Assembly (NCBI GenBank): GCA_964487135.1
Contig: CAZAOU010000001.1
Span: forward strand, 8,542 to 72,541
Direction of reading: 5' to 3'
Source: an uncultured Candidatus Saccharibacteria bacterium
Lineage (GTDB): Bacteria > Patescibacteriota > Minisyncoccia > Phycocordibacterales > CAIRYW01
Length of the DNA: 64,000 bases
This document shows, in pieces, positions 39,171 to 48,003 of the stretch. A program made the translations under genes and the position numbers. The notes below the pieces were generated by a model, which saw nothing but the letters and a program-made list of their open reading frames with translations, was not told where the DNA came from and did no database searches. Each line of letters opens with the position of its first letter. Position 1 is the stretch's first letter.

Positions 39171-41498
39171 CTAAACAATCTCACAAACTCCGGCAACACA
39201 CGCAAGCTCCTTCTTTACTTCTGTTTCGTCCTGCTTCTCGTAAGTAATTATTTTTGAGTAATCAATTTTAGGGAATTTTTTGAGAAGTTCTTCATATCGC
39301 TCTTTAGTAATTGTTTCGTAGGGTGCAAGCTGGTATACATGGTTTGATCGAGGCAAAAATGAAAGTCCTCCAATAATATCCCAGTTTTCGTAAAGCCAGT
39401 GTGCCACTGCAATCCATTCATCATCACCTATAGAAATAGTTACTGAAGGATTGTGTTCTGTAAAATTATTTTTAACAACTTTCCAATGCTCTAACTGTTC
39501 TATTGCAGTAACATCATCCTTAAAAATTGCTCCTTCAGGTGACTTCATTGGAAACTCAACCACATATGTAGTCGCTGTTTCTTTTGCTTGACCAACTTCT
39601 GGATGATATGGAACACCTTGGTCTTTAAGCATTTTAAAGAGTGCGTCAGTTGCAGAAATTCTAATTCGCTGGATGTAGAAAGGCGCATGTCGTGGATGCA
39701 TTCCAGAACCTGTATCAAAAGTTTTTGAAACTGTTCCCGAAGGCTTAACACAAGTAATACACGTAGAAGCACTTATACCAAATCTTTTTGCAAATTCTTT
39801 GTTTACTTTAATTGCTTCGTCTTTAAGAGCTTTCAAAACTTCTGGCTTTCTTACAACTGGCGAATCCCACTGTCCTGTAAGAGATACTCCAAGAAGTCTT
39901 TCTTGCTCGCAGTGTTCTTTCCATTCTTTAGAAAGATAAGGAAACTGCGTAAGAGATGACTGATATGTTCCAAGGATTGTTGCGATTCTTGTTTTTTTGA
40001 GAAGAGTTTCTTTTGTATCATTTTCTCTACAAATTACTTCTGAAAGATTACAAAATTGTTTTGATTGCAAAATAATTTCTCCACAAGGATTTGTTCCTAT
40101 TGATCCAACAATGTTTGTTCCTGTTGAATCAAAATATCCTTCAGTCTTTAGGAGTTTAAGTCGTCGCTCAGGAAGAGTTTGTGCAAGAGATCCTCTGTTA
40201 AATATTCCTCTTTCTCCTGTTCCACTCTTCATAAGAGCAGTCCACTCATCCAAAAACTCTGTTGCTGATGGTTTTGAAAGATACACAGCTGAGTTGTTTG
40301 CAAGACTTCGGTGAGGATCTGTGAGGAAAAATTGTCCTTTTTTACAATCTCTAATCTCATTATCATCCAAATCGGATAGAGAAATCATCGCACTTCTTCT
40401 TACCCCTCCAGAAACAACACAGTCGCCAATCATACAAATAATGTCGTGAACATCTAGGTTTGAAAGTCTTCTACCCTGCTTTTTTAGCATTTTTTCTCTT
40501 GTAAAAGAAAGAAGTCTTCGCAAAGGATCAGGACCTGATGATTTTCCACCCATAGTGTTTAGCCTTGCCCCTGCTGGACGAAGAAGAGAGTAGTCAAACT
40601 CTACATCTTTTCCCTCAGCCCAAGTTTTTAGTCCAAGCGCCAAAGAATCAGCCCAACCCTCTTTACTATCTGGAATGACAAACGATGGGAGTTTGTGTCC
40701 GCTCTGAACTTTTATTTGTGGAAGTTTTTGAACATTCTGACTTTCAACAGACCATCCTACTCCTGTTCCACACATTGATAGATACATAATTTCTGCAATA
40801 TCTTGAAAACTTGCTGGAGCTGTAAAAGAACAGTTATATACACAAACATTTGTCGCTCTCGCTGCTTTGCCAGCAAATTGAAGAAGTCTCATTGACGGCA
40901 TTGATTTGTTTTCTAGAATATATTGTCGAATTTCTGCATACTCTGAATCTTTTAATTTCTTTCCGAGATTTTCTTTCATGAAATCAATGTATCGTCCAAC
41001 AGTTTCAATCCATGTTTCTCTTCTTCCTTCTTCTGCAATCCATTTTGAATATGTTCTGTAGTATACAAATTCACCAAGCTCTGTTCTAAAATATTTTTTA
41101 CTATCTGTTGCAAGTTTTTTTACTCGCTCAGGAACCTGAACTCCTTTCTCACGAAGCTTTGAACGCTTCTCTCTATACAAAATATAACCCTTGGCTGTCT
41201 TTACATACTCACTAAGAATGAGTTCCTTCTCAACTGTGTCCTGAAGACCCTCAACCGTAGGTATAAAATTCTTGTATTTCTTAGAAATCCTTACAACATC
41301 AGCAAAAACCTTGTTAGCAACCATCTCCGCTTCCTTTAAAGAGCCCTCACCGTTTGCAACCATAGATTTATAGATTGCATTAACGATTTTTTTTGTATCA
41401 AATGGCACAATTGTTCCGTCTCGTTTTTGAATTTTTGAAACAAAAACTTGTTCTTCAACCTTTTTTGACTCTTTCTTACTTTTTTTGGAAGGGCCCAT
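39171..41498 (-). CDS. nrdJ: adenosylcobalamin-dependent (class II) ribonucleotide reductase with an N-terminal ATP-cone
   Basis: ATP-cone VFVSKIQKRDGTIVPFDTKKIVNAIYKS; active-site NPCGEIIL; C-terminal redox cysteines CVAGVCEIV; 775 aa monomeric architecture. Confidence 0.8.
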   Translation of the reverse strand: MGPSKKSKKESKKVEEQVFVSKIQKRDGTIVPFDTKKIVNAIYKSMVANGEGSLKEAEMVANKVFADVVRISKKYKNFIPTVEGLQDTVEKELILSEYVKTAKGYILYREKRSKLREKGVQVPERVKKLATDSKKYFRTELGEFVYYRTYSKWIAEEGRRETWIETVGRYIDFMKENLGKKLKDSEYAEIRQYILENKSMPSMRLLQFAGKAARATNVCVYNCSFTAPASFQDIAEIMYLSMCGTGVGWSVESQNVQKLPQIKVQSGHKLPSFVIPDSKEGWADSLALGLKTWAEGKDVEFDYSLLRPAGARLNTMGGKSSGPDPLRRLLSFTREKMLKKQGRRLSNLDVHDIICMIGDCVVSGGVRRSAMISLSDLDDNEIRDCKKGQFFLTDPHRSLANNSAVYLSKPSATEFLDEWTALMKSGTGERGIFNRGSLAQTLPERRLKLLKTEGYFDSTGTNIVGSIGTNPCGEIILQSKQFCNLSEVICRENDTKETLLKKTRIATILGTYQSSLTQFPYLSKEWKEHCEQERLLGVSLTGQWDSPVVRKPEVLKALKDEAIKVNKEFAKRFGISASTCITCVKPSGTVSKTFDTGSGMHPRHAPFYIQRIRISATDALFKMLKDQGVPYHPEVGQAKETATTYVVEFPMKSPEGAIFKDDVTAIEQLEHWKVVKNNFTEHNPSVTISIGDDEWIAVAHWLYENWDIIGGLSFLPRSNHVYQLAPYETITKERYEELLKKFPKIDYSKIITYEKQDETEVKKELACVAGVCEIV

Positions 41499-41689
41499 AA
41501 TGTTCTTCAGATTTATTTATTAATAATTAAATTTACAGATAGTATTTTACCTTATTTTTTTATCAAAAACACAGTGGATAAAAGTTTTTTACTCATCCCA
41601 AAACATTTTTATTGCTGTGTGAATATCACTAGCCAAAAACATAACAATAGGGCTATTAAATGGGGTAGGATTTTATAAATTCAATCGGG

Positions 41690-41762
41690 TGGACCTGATC
41701 GGACTTGAACCGACGACCTCTGCTATGCCATAGCAGCGCTCTACCAGCTAAGCTACAGGCCC
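41690..41762 (-). tRNA. tRNA-Ala (anticodon GGC), CCA not encoded
   Basis: GGGCCTGTAGCTTAGCTGGTAGAGCGCTGCTATGGCATAGCAGAGGTCGTCGGTTCAAGTCCGATCAGGTCCA; G3:U70 identity pair; anticodon loop AT-GGC-AT. Confidence 0.8.
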
Positions 41763-41767
41763 AAAAA

Positions 41768-43111
41768 TTAATTCATAAATTTTGGATCAAAAATTGATGG
41801 TGGAAATTTTTCTCCAGCAATAATTTTAGAAACTTTCCAACCTCCAAAAATAGAAGTTAAAATTCCAACACCATTACAACCCAAATTATACAAAAGTCTT
41901 TTGTTTCTAGGTTCATTACCAATTAAACGCATCATATTTGAGGTATAACCCATGAGCCCATGCCAGTTAAAACCCTGTTCAAAGTCTTTTTCTGGATCGA
42001 GTTTATAAGTTTTTCGAAGAAACTCACTGACTTTTTCTTTTGCATCTTCTGGATATTCATAATCTCTATCGTATTCTTTCCTATCATCTAAATCTATCTC
42101 CGGACCACCAATAGAAACCATATCCACTTTTGAGTTTTTATCGAAGTCGTATTTTCTACGAGTAATATAAAAATATGGATCTTCAGAAAAATATCCTCCC
42201 GAAAATGGCTCGGCAACTTTTTTCTGAATATAAGAAGACATATATCCCACTGTTCCTTTTACATACCTATGAAACTTTGTGTCTATATCTAAATTATTTC
42301 TATAGATGATGTCAAAATTTTCAAAACCATTAGTCGCAAGAACAACATCATCACAAACAATTTCATGAGTCTCAGCATCCAAGAGAACCTGATCTTCTTT
42401 TAAGATTATTTTTTTTATAAAAGTATTTTCATAAAAATGAAACCGATCTGAATACTTCTGCTCCAAATATTCAACAATATTTTCACAAAACAGTGCAGAA
42501 TTTATTGTTCCGCTCCTTAATTGATCACAAGCAATATATTGATCGTCCTTACTTTCAATAATTTCTAAAATTTCTTTATGTGGTTTAAGTTCATAAAAAC
42601 CCTCATATTGTTTTATGGCATCCAAAAAAGGTAAGTGATCTGCGATTAAAAGATTCTCACAATGAATTCCTCCCTCCCTCATTAATCTTTTTTCTTCAAG
42701 CAACTCAATTATCTGTTCTTTTGAAATATAGCCCCAATTCCCCATTAACCTATTAAAAGGGATGGATAATCCAGCAGAGTTATACATATGATCAATTAGT
42801 TCCCATCCATACTCAGTGTTTTTTTGAGCTTCCAGAGTAAGTTTTAACCCATATTCCTTTACCAAATCCAAAAAAGGTCTTTCAAAATAAGCTTCAACAT
42901 GCCCTGCATTGTGCCCCGTTGCTCCATGAGCCAGTTTATACTTATCTACTATAATTATTTTTTTGTTTGTTTCTTGAAGCAAGAAAAATGCCGTGGAAAC
43001 CCCAGCAATTCCTGCACCCACAACAACAACATCGGTCTTTTCGTCGCGTTCGAGTTGATAACTTTTCCGTGTATTTTTTAATTCAAAAATCCAAGGTGAT
43101 CTATTTTTCAT
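41768..43111 (-). CDS. FAD-dependent oxidoreductase (DAO/glycine-oxidase-like)
   Basis: dinucleotide-binding VVVVGAGIAGVSTAFFL; 447 aa. Confidence 0.7.
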   Translation of the reverse strand: MKNRSPWIFELKNTRKSYQLERDEKTDVVVVGAGIAGVSTAFFLLQETNKKIIIVDKYKLAHGATGHNAGHVEAYFERPFLDLVKEYGLKLTLEAQKNTEYGWELIDHMYNSAGLSIPFNRLMGNWGYISKEQIIELLEEKRLMREGGIHCENLLIADHLPFLDAIKQYEGFYELKPHKEILEIIESKDDQYIACDQLRSGTINSALFCENIVEYLEQKYSDRFHFYENTFIKKIILKEDQVLLDAETHEIVCDDVVLATNGFENFDIIYRNNLDIDTKFHRYVKGTVGYMSSYIQKKVAEPFSGGYFSEDPYFYITRRKYDFDKNSKVDMVSIGGPEIDLDDRKEYDRDYEYPEDAKEKVSEFLRKTYKLDPEKDFEQGFNWHGLMGYTSNMMRLIGNEPRNKRLLYNLGCNGVGILTSIFGGWKVSKIIAGEKFPPSIFDPKFMN

Positions 43112-43228
43112 CGCATAAAATTATAACACGAAAAACTAAAAATTTATTTCAAAAATCTTAAATTCACCCTCTTTTAAAAATAGTGGGGGCAAATCACCAC
43201 CTACTAATTAAATATATCTTTTTATTTA

Positions 43229-43301
43229 TGGACCCTAGCGGATTCGAACCGCTGACCTCCTCAGTGCAAATGAGGCGCTCTACCAACTAAGCTAAGGGCC
43301 C
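43229..43301 (-). tRNA. tRNA-Ala (anticodon UGC), CCA not encoded
   Basis: GGGCCCTTAGCTTAGTTGGTAGAGCGCCTCATTTGCACTGAGGAGGTCAGCGGTTCGAATCCGCTAGGGTCCA; G3:U70; anticodon loop TT-TGC-AC. Confidence 0.8.
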
Positions 43302-43387
43302 GTGTATTTACTTAACTAAAAATTCTGTTGTAACTCAACAGGCCTATATTCTACACAAAAAAGACGTTTGGGCAAATTAAAACTATT

Positions 43388-44575
43388 CTAATTCATAGCC
43401 TTTAAATACAATATACTTGCCTTCAAATCAGACACTAAGGCACTCAAATCCTTTATCTTTTTAATCTGAATTGGCGTTAAACCCTCTCTTTCCAATTCTT
43501 CGTCTTTAATAATTCCAGAAGCCAATTCTTCATAAAAAGAAATGTCGTCTGTAGACAACCCCTGAACAATATCTCTAACATCGGCAAAACTTCTTAGATG
43601 CACAAGATAGTATCTTATTTCGTAAGCTATCACTTTTTTCATACTAAATTCTGGAGTATTTTTAGTAGTGTCATCAAATCTTTTTGTTCTGTAACCATTT
43701 ATAAAAGAATTTATAAGATAAACTTCTTGATTTTCCATACCCAAACTTCTAACCCAAAACCGGAGACTTGCCAGCACCCTACCAACATCAGCCATAGGAT
43801 CCCCAATCCTCATTACATCATAATCAACAATGGTTATAAGAGAATTATCTGGTGAAACAAAAAACTGATCGAGATGAGCGTCTGCGTGAATAATAGAAGC
43901 AAAATTAGGTCTAGCAATATTTAAAATATCCTCACTCACTCTATTAATTTCTTCCTTTGAAAGAATTTGTTTTATAAGACTTGAAGCTGGTTCACTCTCT
44001 AAACCTTCTTTTATTCTTTTAATATCATAGAGTAATAAATTTTTGTCATCATCAATATCTGGTAATTCTTCTACAGGAGACTCTGATGCTTCATGTATTT
44101 CTCCGAGTAATTCTCCAAGCATTGCCAAAACTTTCTTAGCTTCTTCTATTTTGGATGGATCTTCAGATGCATTTTTTAGAAAATAACTAATTGGCTCACC
44201 CTCTACTTTTTCTGCTAGCAACACCGGGTGATCATCGTGATGTGAAAGCCAAGCAAGTTCTTTTGGAATATAAGAACTTTCTGCCCTATCAATCCTAGAT
44301 ATTAATCCTCTAGCTTTTTTATTTCTCTGCGCTAGTTTTGGGTCCACAAATCCCTTTGCAACAAAACTTCTACTCTCTGCAGGATGAATCATAACAACAG
44401 GGTTTATAAATCCCCCACCAAGTTTATTCATACCGTTCAAAACAACACCCTCATTTTGAGCCCAGTGAGTAACACTTTCTACCACCTTTCTACAAAAATC
44501 GATAACCTCTTCTCTTTGATGTTCTGGATGACTTTCCGCTATCTGATCAAGAAAGTGTTGATCTTGTTTAGACAT
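43388..44575 (-). CDS. phosphotransferase-family kinase (APH/choline-kinase-like fold)
   Basis: catalytic-loop-like IIHADAHLDQFFV and IVDYDVMRIGDPMADVGR (Brenner and DFG-equivalent motifs). Confidence 0.55.
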   Translation of the reverse strand: MSKQDQHFLDQIAESHPEHQREEVIDFCRKVVESVTHWAQNEGVVLNGMNKLGGGFINPVVMIHPAESRSFVAKGFVDPKLAQRNKKARGLISRIDRAESSYIPKELAWLSHHDDHPVLLAEKVEGEPISYFLKNASEDPSKIEEAKKVLAMLGELLGEIHEASESPVEELPDIDDDKNLLLYDIKRIKEGLESEPASSLIKQILSKEEINRVSEDILNIARPNFASIIHADAHLDQFFVSPDNSLITIVDYDVMRIGDPMADVGRVLASLRFWVRSLGMENQEVYLINSFINGYRTKRFDDTTKNTPEFSMKKVIAYEIRYYLVHLRSFADVRDIVQGLSTDDISFYEELASGIIKDEELEREGLTPIQIKKIKDLSALVSDLKASILYLKAMN

Positions 44576-44577
44576 TT

Positions 44578-45549
44578 TTATTTTTTATTTTCTAAAGCCA
44601 ATTCAACCAAATGTTTCAAAAGCTCTTTAAATGAAGAACCTACAGCTGAAACAGACTTTGGAATAAGAGACTGGTCGGTAAGACCAGGCAAAGTATTTAT
44701 TTCTAATATATAAATTCCCCTCTTTGGATGAATAATAAAGTCAGAACGAGAATAATGTTTAGCACCGATTGCTTTGTGAGCAATTATTGCCATTTTCTGC
44801 AAAGCTTCACTTTCCTCTTTAGTAAAATTTCCAGGACACAATTCTTGTGTTTCTCCATTATATTTAACATCGAGAGAGAAAAATCCTGCGCTTGGAGGAG
44901 GAATTATTTCAATTGGAAGTAAGGGGTAGATTTTCTGTCCTCTAAAGTTTTCTAACACACCAGCCGTAGCCTCTTTTCCTTTTATATATTCTTCAATTAT
45001 CACTTCTTCAGTCTGCTCAAAAGCCTTATCAAGTGATTCTTTTAACTCTACAAGAGTTTTAGCTATGAAGGTAGCAACCGATGAGCCTCCGATAGTTGGC
45101 TTTATTACTGCAGGCATCGGAAAAGTATGAAATATATGTCGTGCAACCTCTTCATTGTAATCCTCTTTTTTTAGGACAATTGCGTAAGGAGTTTTTAATC
45201 CATGCTGAATGAAGAGTTTTTTTGCCAATGGTTTGCTCATCCCCAAAGCAGACGCCAAGGAACCTGAGCCAGTAAAAGGAATTTTAAAAGTTTCTAAAAT
45301 TTTCTGAACTTTTCCATCCTCTCCAAACTCACCATGAAGAGCATTAAAAACAACATCTACTTTTGAGTGAAGATCTTTTGGATCAAAAGGGATTCCGTGC
45401 ATGTGCCAAACACCCTCTCTGTCTATATAAATATCAATAGCGTTATATTCTTCGGGCAAATGCTTTAAAACACTTCCACCTGTTTTAATGGAAACCTCGT
45501 GTTCCGATGAAGGACCCCCTCTTAATACTCCTACACGCTTTTTGTGCAT
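44578..45549 (-). CDS. ddl: D-alanine--D-alanine ligase
   Basis: N-terminal RVGVLRGGPSSEHEVSIKTG; ATP-grasp motifs; C-terminal ...EINTLPGLT. Confidence 0.9.
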   Translation of the reverse strand: MHKKRVGVLRGGPSSEHEVSIKTGGSVLKHLPEEYNAIDIYIDREGVWHMHGIPFDPKDLHSKVDVVFNALHGEFGEDGKVQKILETFKIPFTGSGSLASALGMSKPLAKKLFIQHGLKTPYAIVLKKEDYNEEVARHIFHTFPMPAVIKPTIGGSSVATFIAKTLVELKESLDKAFEQTEEVIIEEYIKGKEATAGVLENFRGQKIYPLLPIEIIPPPSAGFFSLDVKYNGETQELCPGNFTKEESEALQKMAIIAHKAIGAKHYSRSDFIIHPKRGIYILEINTLPGLTDQSLIPKSVSAVGSSFKELLKHLVELALENKK

Positions 45550-45567
45550 GAAAAAATAATATCACAA

Positions 45568-46455
45568 TTATGTCTTATTTTCTGTGGGTAAAGGTCTTGT
45601 GAGGAGATACAAACCAATTATCATGAAAGGGACAGAAAGTAATTGCATCAGAGTCAGTTTTTCTTTCAAATATAAAAAAGAAAAAAATATTGCTATTAAA
45701 AGTGAAAGTATGTTTATTGCGTTCGCCTTAGCGACTCCAATCCTATAAATTCCTTCAAGCCAAAGAATCTTTGAAAGCCCAAAAGCAACCGCGCCGTTTA
45801 AAAACAAAAACATCCATTCTCTTAGAGAAAAATAAAAAGAACCTATGCCGCTAATATATAAAGCAACAGAAAGACAGCACACACTTGCGACAAAAGATCT
45901 GACCAAAAGCACTGCTTCTGCTGAAGCAACACCCCTCGCCCTTCTTTGAAAAAAATTACCGAGAGGAGCCAAACAAATAGCGACCAATATAGATATGTCT
46001 CCTATTCTAATACCGGTAAAATTGGGCGAGAGAATAAAAAACCCACCAGCAAGCATGAGAAAAATTCCGTAGACATATTTTTTGCTTATATATTCTTTAT
46101 TGATCAGATTAAAGAAAATCAGACTTGTTACAACCTCAAGCTGGCCAATAATAGCTGCGCTACTTGCGCTAGTTTGCTGAATTCCATAAAACATAAAAAA
46201 ATAATAACCAAAACCAATAAAAATTCCTGAGAGTGTTGCATCTTTCAATACTTGTGGATTAAAAATTTCTTTAGATTTGCCTCTATATAAAAGCAAAAAA
46301 ATAAAAAGTGGCAAAGTAAAAATAGTTGTCATCGCTAAAGATACAAACAAAGGAATACTCTCTGTCGTGACCTTTGTAAAAATAGGAAAAGAACCCCACA
46401 AAAAAGCTTGAACCAAAATAAGAAGCTCACCTTTTCTTTCGTTTTTCATAAACAT
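45568..46455 (-). CDS. EamA/DMT-family transporter (10 TM)
   Basis: duplicated EamA domains; LLILVQAFLWGSFPIFTK. Confidence 0.7.
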   Translation of the reverse strand: MFMKNERKGELLILVQAFLWGSFPIFTKVTTESIPLFVSLAMTTIFTLPLFIFLLLYRGKSKEIFNPQVLKDATLSGIFIGFGYYFFMFYGIQQTSASSAAIIGQLEVVTSLIFFNLINKEYISKKYVYGIFLMLAGGFFILSPNFTGIRIGDISILVAICLAPLGNFFQRRARGVASAEAVLLVRSFVASVCCLSVALYISGIGSFYFSLREWMFLFLNGAVAFGLSKILWLEGIYRIGVAKANAINILSLLIAIFFSFLYLKEKLTLMQLLSVPFMIIGLYLLTRPLPTENKT

Positions 46456-46456
46456 A

Positions 46457-47698
46457 TTATACCAAGAAATTCCTTCTTCTTTTTTTCTTATGAAAACCTA
46501 TAGCAAACCTATGGGATTCAGAGTTTGCAAGCAAAATTTCTTTTTTATATTTTTTGGCGAAAATTTGCTCACCTAAAATATCTTTTGGCTTGTGCTGTTC
46601 ATCTTTAACAACAGAAACTACTGGAATTTCTATATTATTTTGAACTAAAACTTCTTTGATGGCGTTAAGCTGGGCAATTCCACCGTCTACAACAATAAGA
46701 TTCGGCATTGGCCATTCTGTATGCTTTAAACGGCGCTCTAAAATATGAGAGAGTGATTTTGTGTCGTCGGGATTTTTGGAATTTATATTAAATTTTCTGT
46801 AAGAAGATTTATCGGCTACCCCATCCAAAACAACAGTCATTACACCTACCATTGAAGAACCCTGTAAATGTGCAATGTCATATGCCTCTATTCGAGGTAA
46901 AGTGGTTAGTGAATGGTGTATAGTGGATAGTTGATCGGATTTAATAAGAGAAACATCGTTAATGTGCTGGAGGGCGAAAATTTTGTCACGCAAAATTTTC
47001 GCCGGCTCAAACTTTTCTTCCTTTGCCAACTTTTTCATCTCTTTCTCGAGATCTTTCACAACATCACCAACTTTTCCAGAAAGAAGTTTTTCAATTCTTT
47101 TTACCCTAACCGCATAACATTTTTTATCGAGTAGTCCAATACAAGTTCCCGGGCAAAGACCAATAGAATAATTAAAACAGGGTCTCTTTGAGTTTAATTT
47201 ACATTTTTCGTCTCTGTAAGGAAAAATTTTACGGATAATTTTGAGAGCCTCTTTTAATTGTGAACCGTTAGCAAAAGGGCCAAAGATAGTGGACAGTTTG
47301 TAGTAGTTAGTGGTTAGTGAAGAAAAATCAATATTCTTTTTTCGGATAATTATTAACTGCGGAAAATCTTCTTTTGTAAAAGCGACACAATTAAAACTTT
47401 TATCGTCTTTTTCTTTAGTGTTATACGTTGGTTTAAATTTGCGAATTAAATCTGCTTCAAGCAAAAGTGCCTCTAAAACAGACTGTGTTTCTTTAAATTC
47501 AATCGTTTTTGCTTCCTCAACCATTTTTTTGATAAGAGGACTTCTCACAAAATCAATGTCTTTAGCAAAATAGCTCTTTACCCTGTCTTTTAGGGATGTT
47601 GCTTTACCTATATAAATAGGCTTTTTTTGCTTATTTAGAAAAAAGTATACTCCCGAGGAATCTGGCAGTTTTTTTCTATTTATCTGGATTTTTTCCAT
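46457..47698 (-). CDS. uvrC: excinuclease ABC subunit C, short form without the C-terminal (HhH)2
   Basis: GIY-YIG LPDSSGVYFFLNKQKKPIYIGKATSLKDRVKSYF; Cys-rich CFNYSIGLCPGTC; RNase-H-like region IEAYDIAHLQGSSMVGVMTV; 413 aa. Confidence 0.75.
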   Translation of the reverse strand: MEKIQINRKKLPDSSGVYFFLNKQKKPIYIGKATSLKDRVKSYFAKDIDFVRSPLIKKMVEEAKTIEFKETQSVLEALLLEADLIRKFKPTYNTKEKDDKSFNCVAFTKEDFPQLIIIRKKNIDFSSLTTNYYKLSTIFGPFANGSQLKEALKIIRKIFPYRDEKCKLNSKRPCFNYSIGLCPGTCIGLLDKKCYAVRVKRIEKLLSGKVGDVVKDLEKEMKKLAKEEKFEPAKILRDKIFALQHINDVSLIKSDQLSTIHHSLTTLPRIEAYDIAHLQGSSMVGVMTVVLDGVADKSSYRKFNINSKNPDDTKSLSHILERRLKHTEWPMPNLIVVDGGIAQLNAIKEVLVQNNIEIPVVSVVKDEQHKPKDILGEQIFAKKYKKEILLANSESHRFAIGFHKKKRRRNFLV

Positions 47699-47704
47699 AT
47701 TGTG

Positions 47705-47713
47705 TGTTATAAT
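47705..47713 (+). promoter_or_regulatory. extended -10 promoter element TGTTATAAT (island E)
   Basis: TGn plus perfect TATAAT at 47708-47713; ATG of the small ORF at 47723, so the mRNA is near-leaderless. Confidence 0.35.
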
Positions 47714-47722
47714 AGCACCCTA

Positions 47723-47989
47723 ATGTCCTTTCCGCCAAATAACCGTCTCATCGTGATTGAATGCCCGAAACAAAAAGCTGCGCTGGACTCACAAATTGTG
47801 AGAGATCTAGCTGATCGTAAGTGGGAACGCTCGGCTCCGAGAGCTCTCATATTGCTAGCAGAGTCAGTTGGAATCACTATTCCAACCCCAACAAGACTTT
47901 CTGCTTTGGACACTCATTCAAGAGCAGAAATTCGCGAATTTCGCCATCAAATTCGAAAACTGGCCCAAGCCCACCTCAGGACTTCCTGA
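47723..47989 (+). CDS. hypothetical 88-aa protein in GC-rich island E between uvrA and uvrC
   Basis: GC-rich ORF MSFPPNNRLIVIECPKQKAALD...; followed by a hairpin (ccacctcagg...cctgacggtgtgg) plus T-run at about 47968-48012. Confidence 0.3.
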   Translation: MSFPPNNRLIVIECPKQKAALDSQIVRDLADRKWERSAPRALILLAESVGITIPTPTRLSALDTHSRAEIREFRHQIRKLAQAHLRTS

Positions 47990-48003
47990 CGGTGTGGCTA
48001 TTT

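Noticed and set aside
41499-41689. Regulatory RNA upstream of nrdJ
   Set aside because: AT-rich spacer without conserved riboswitch features; only generic promoter-like hexamers
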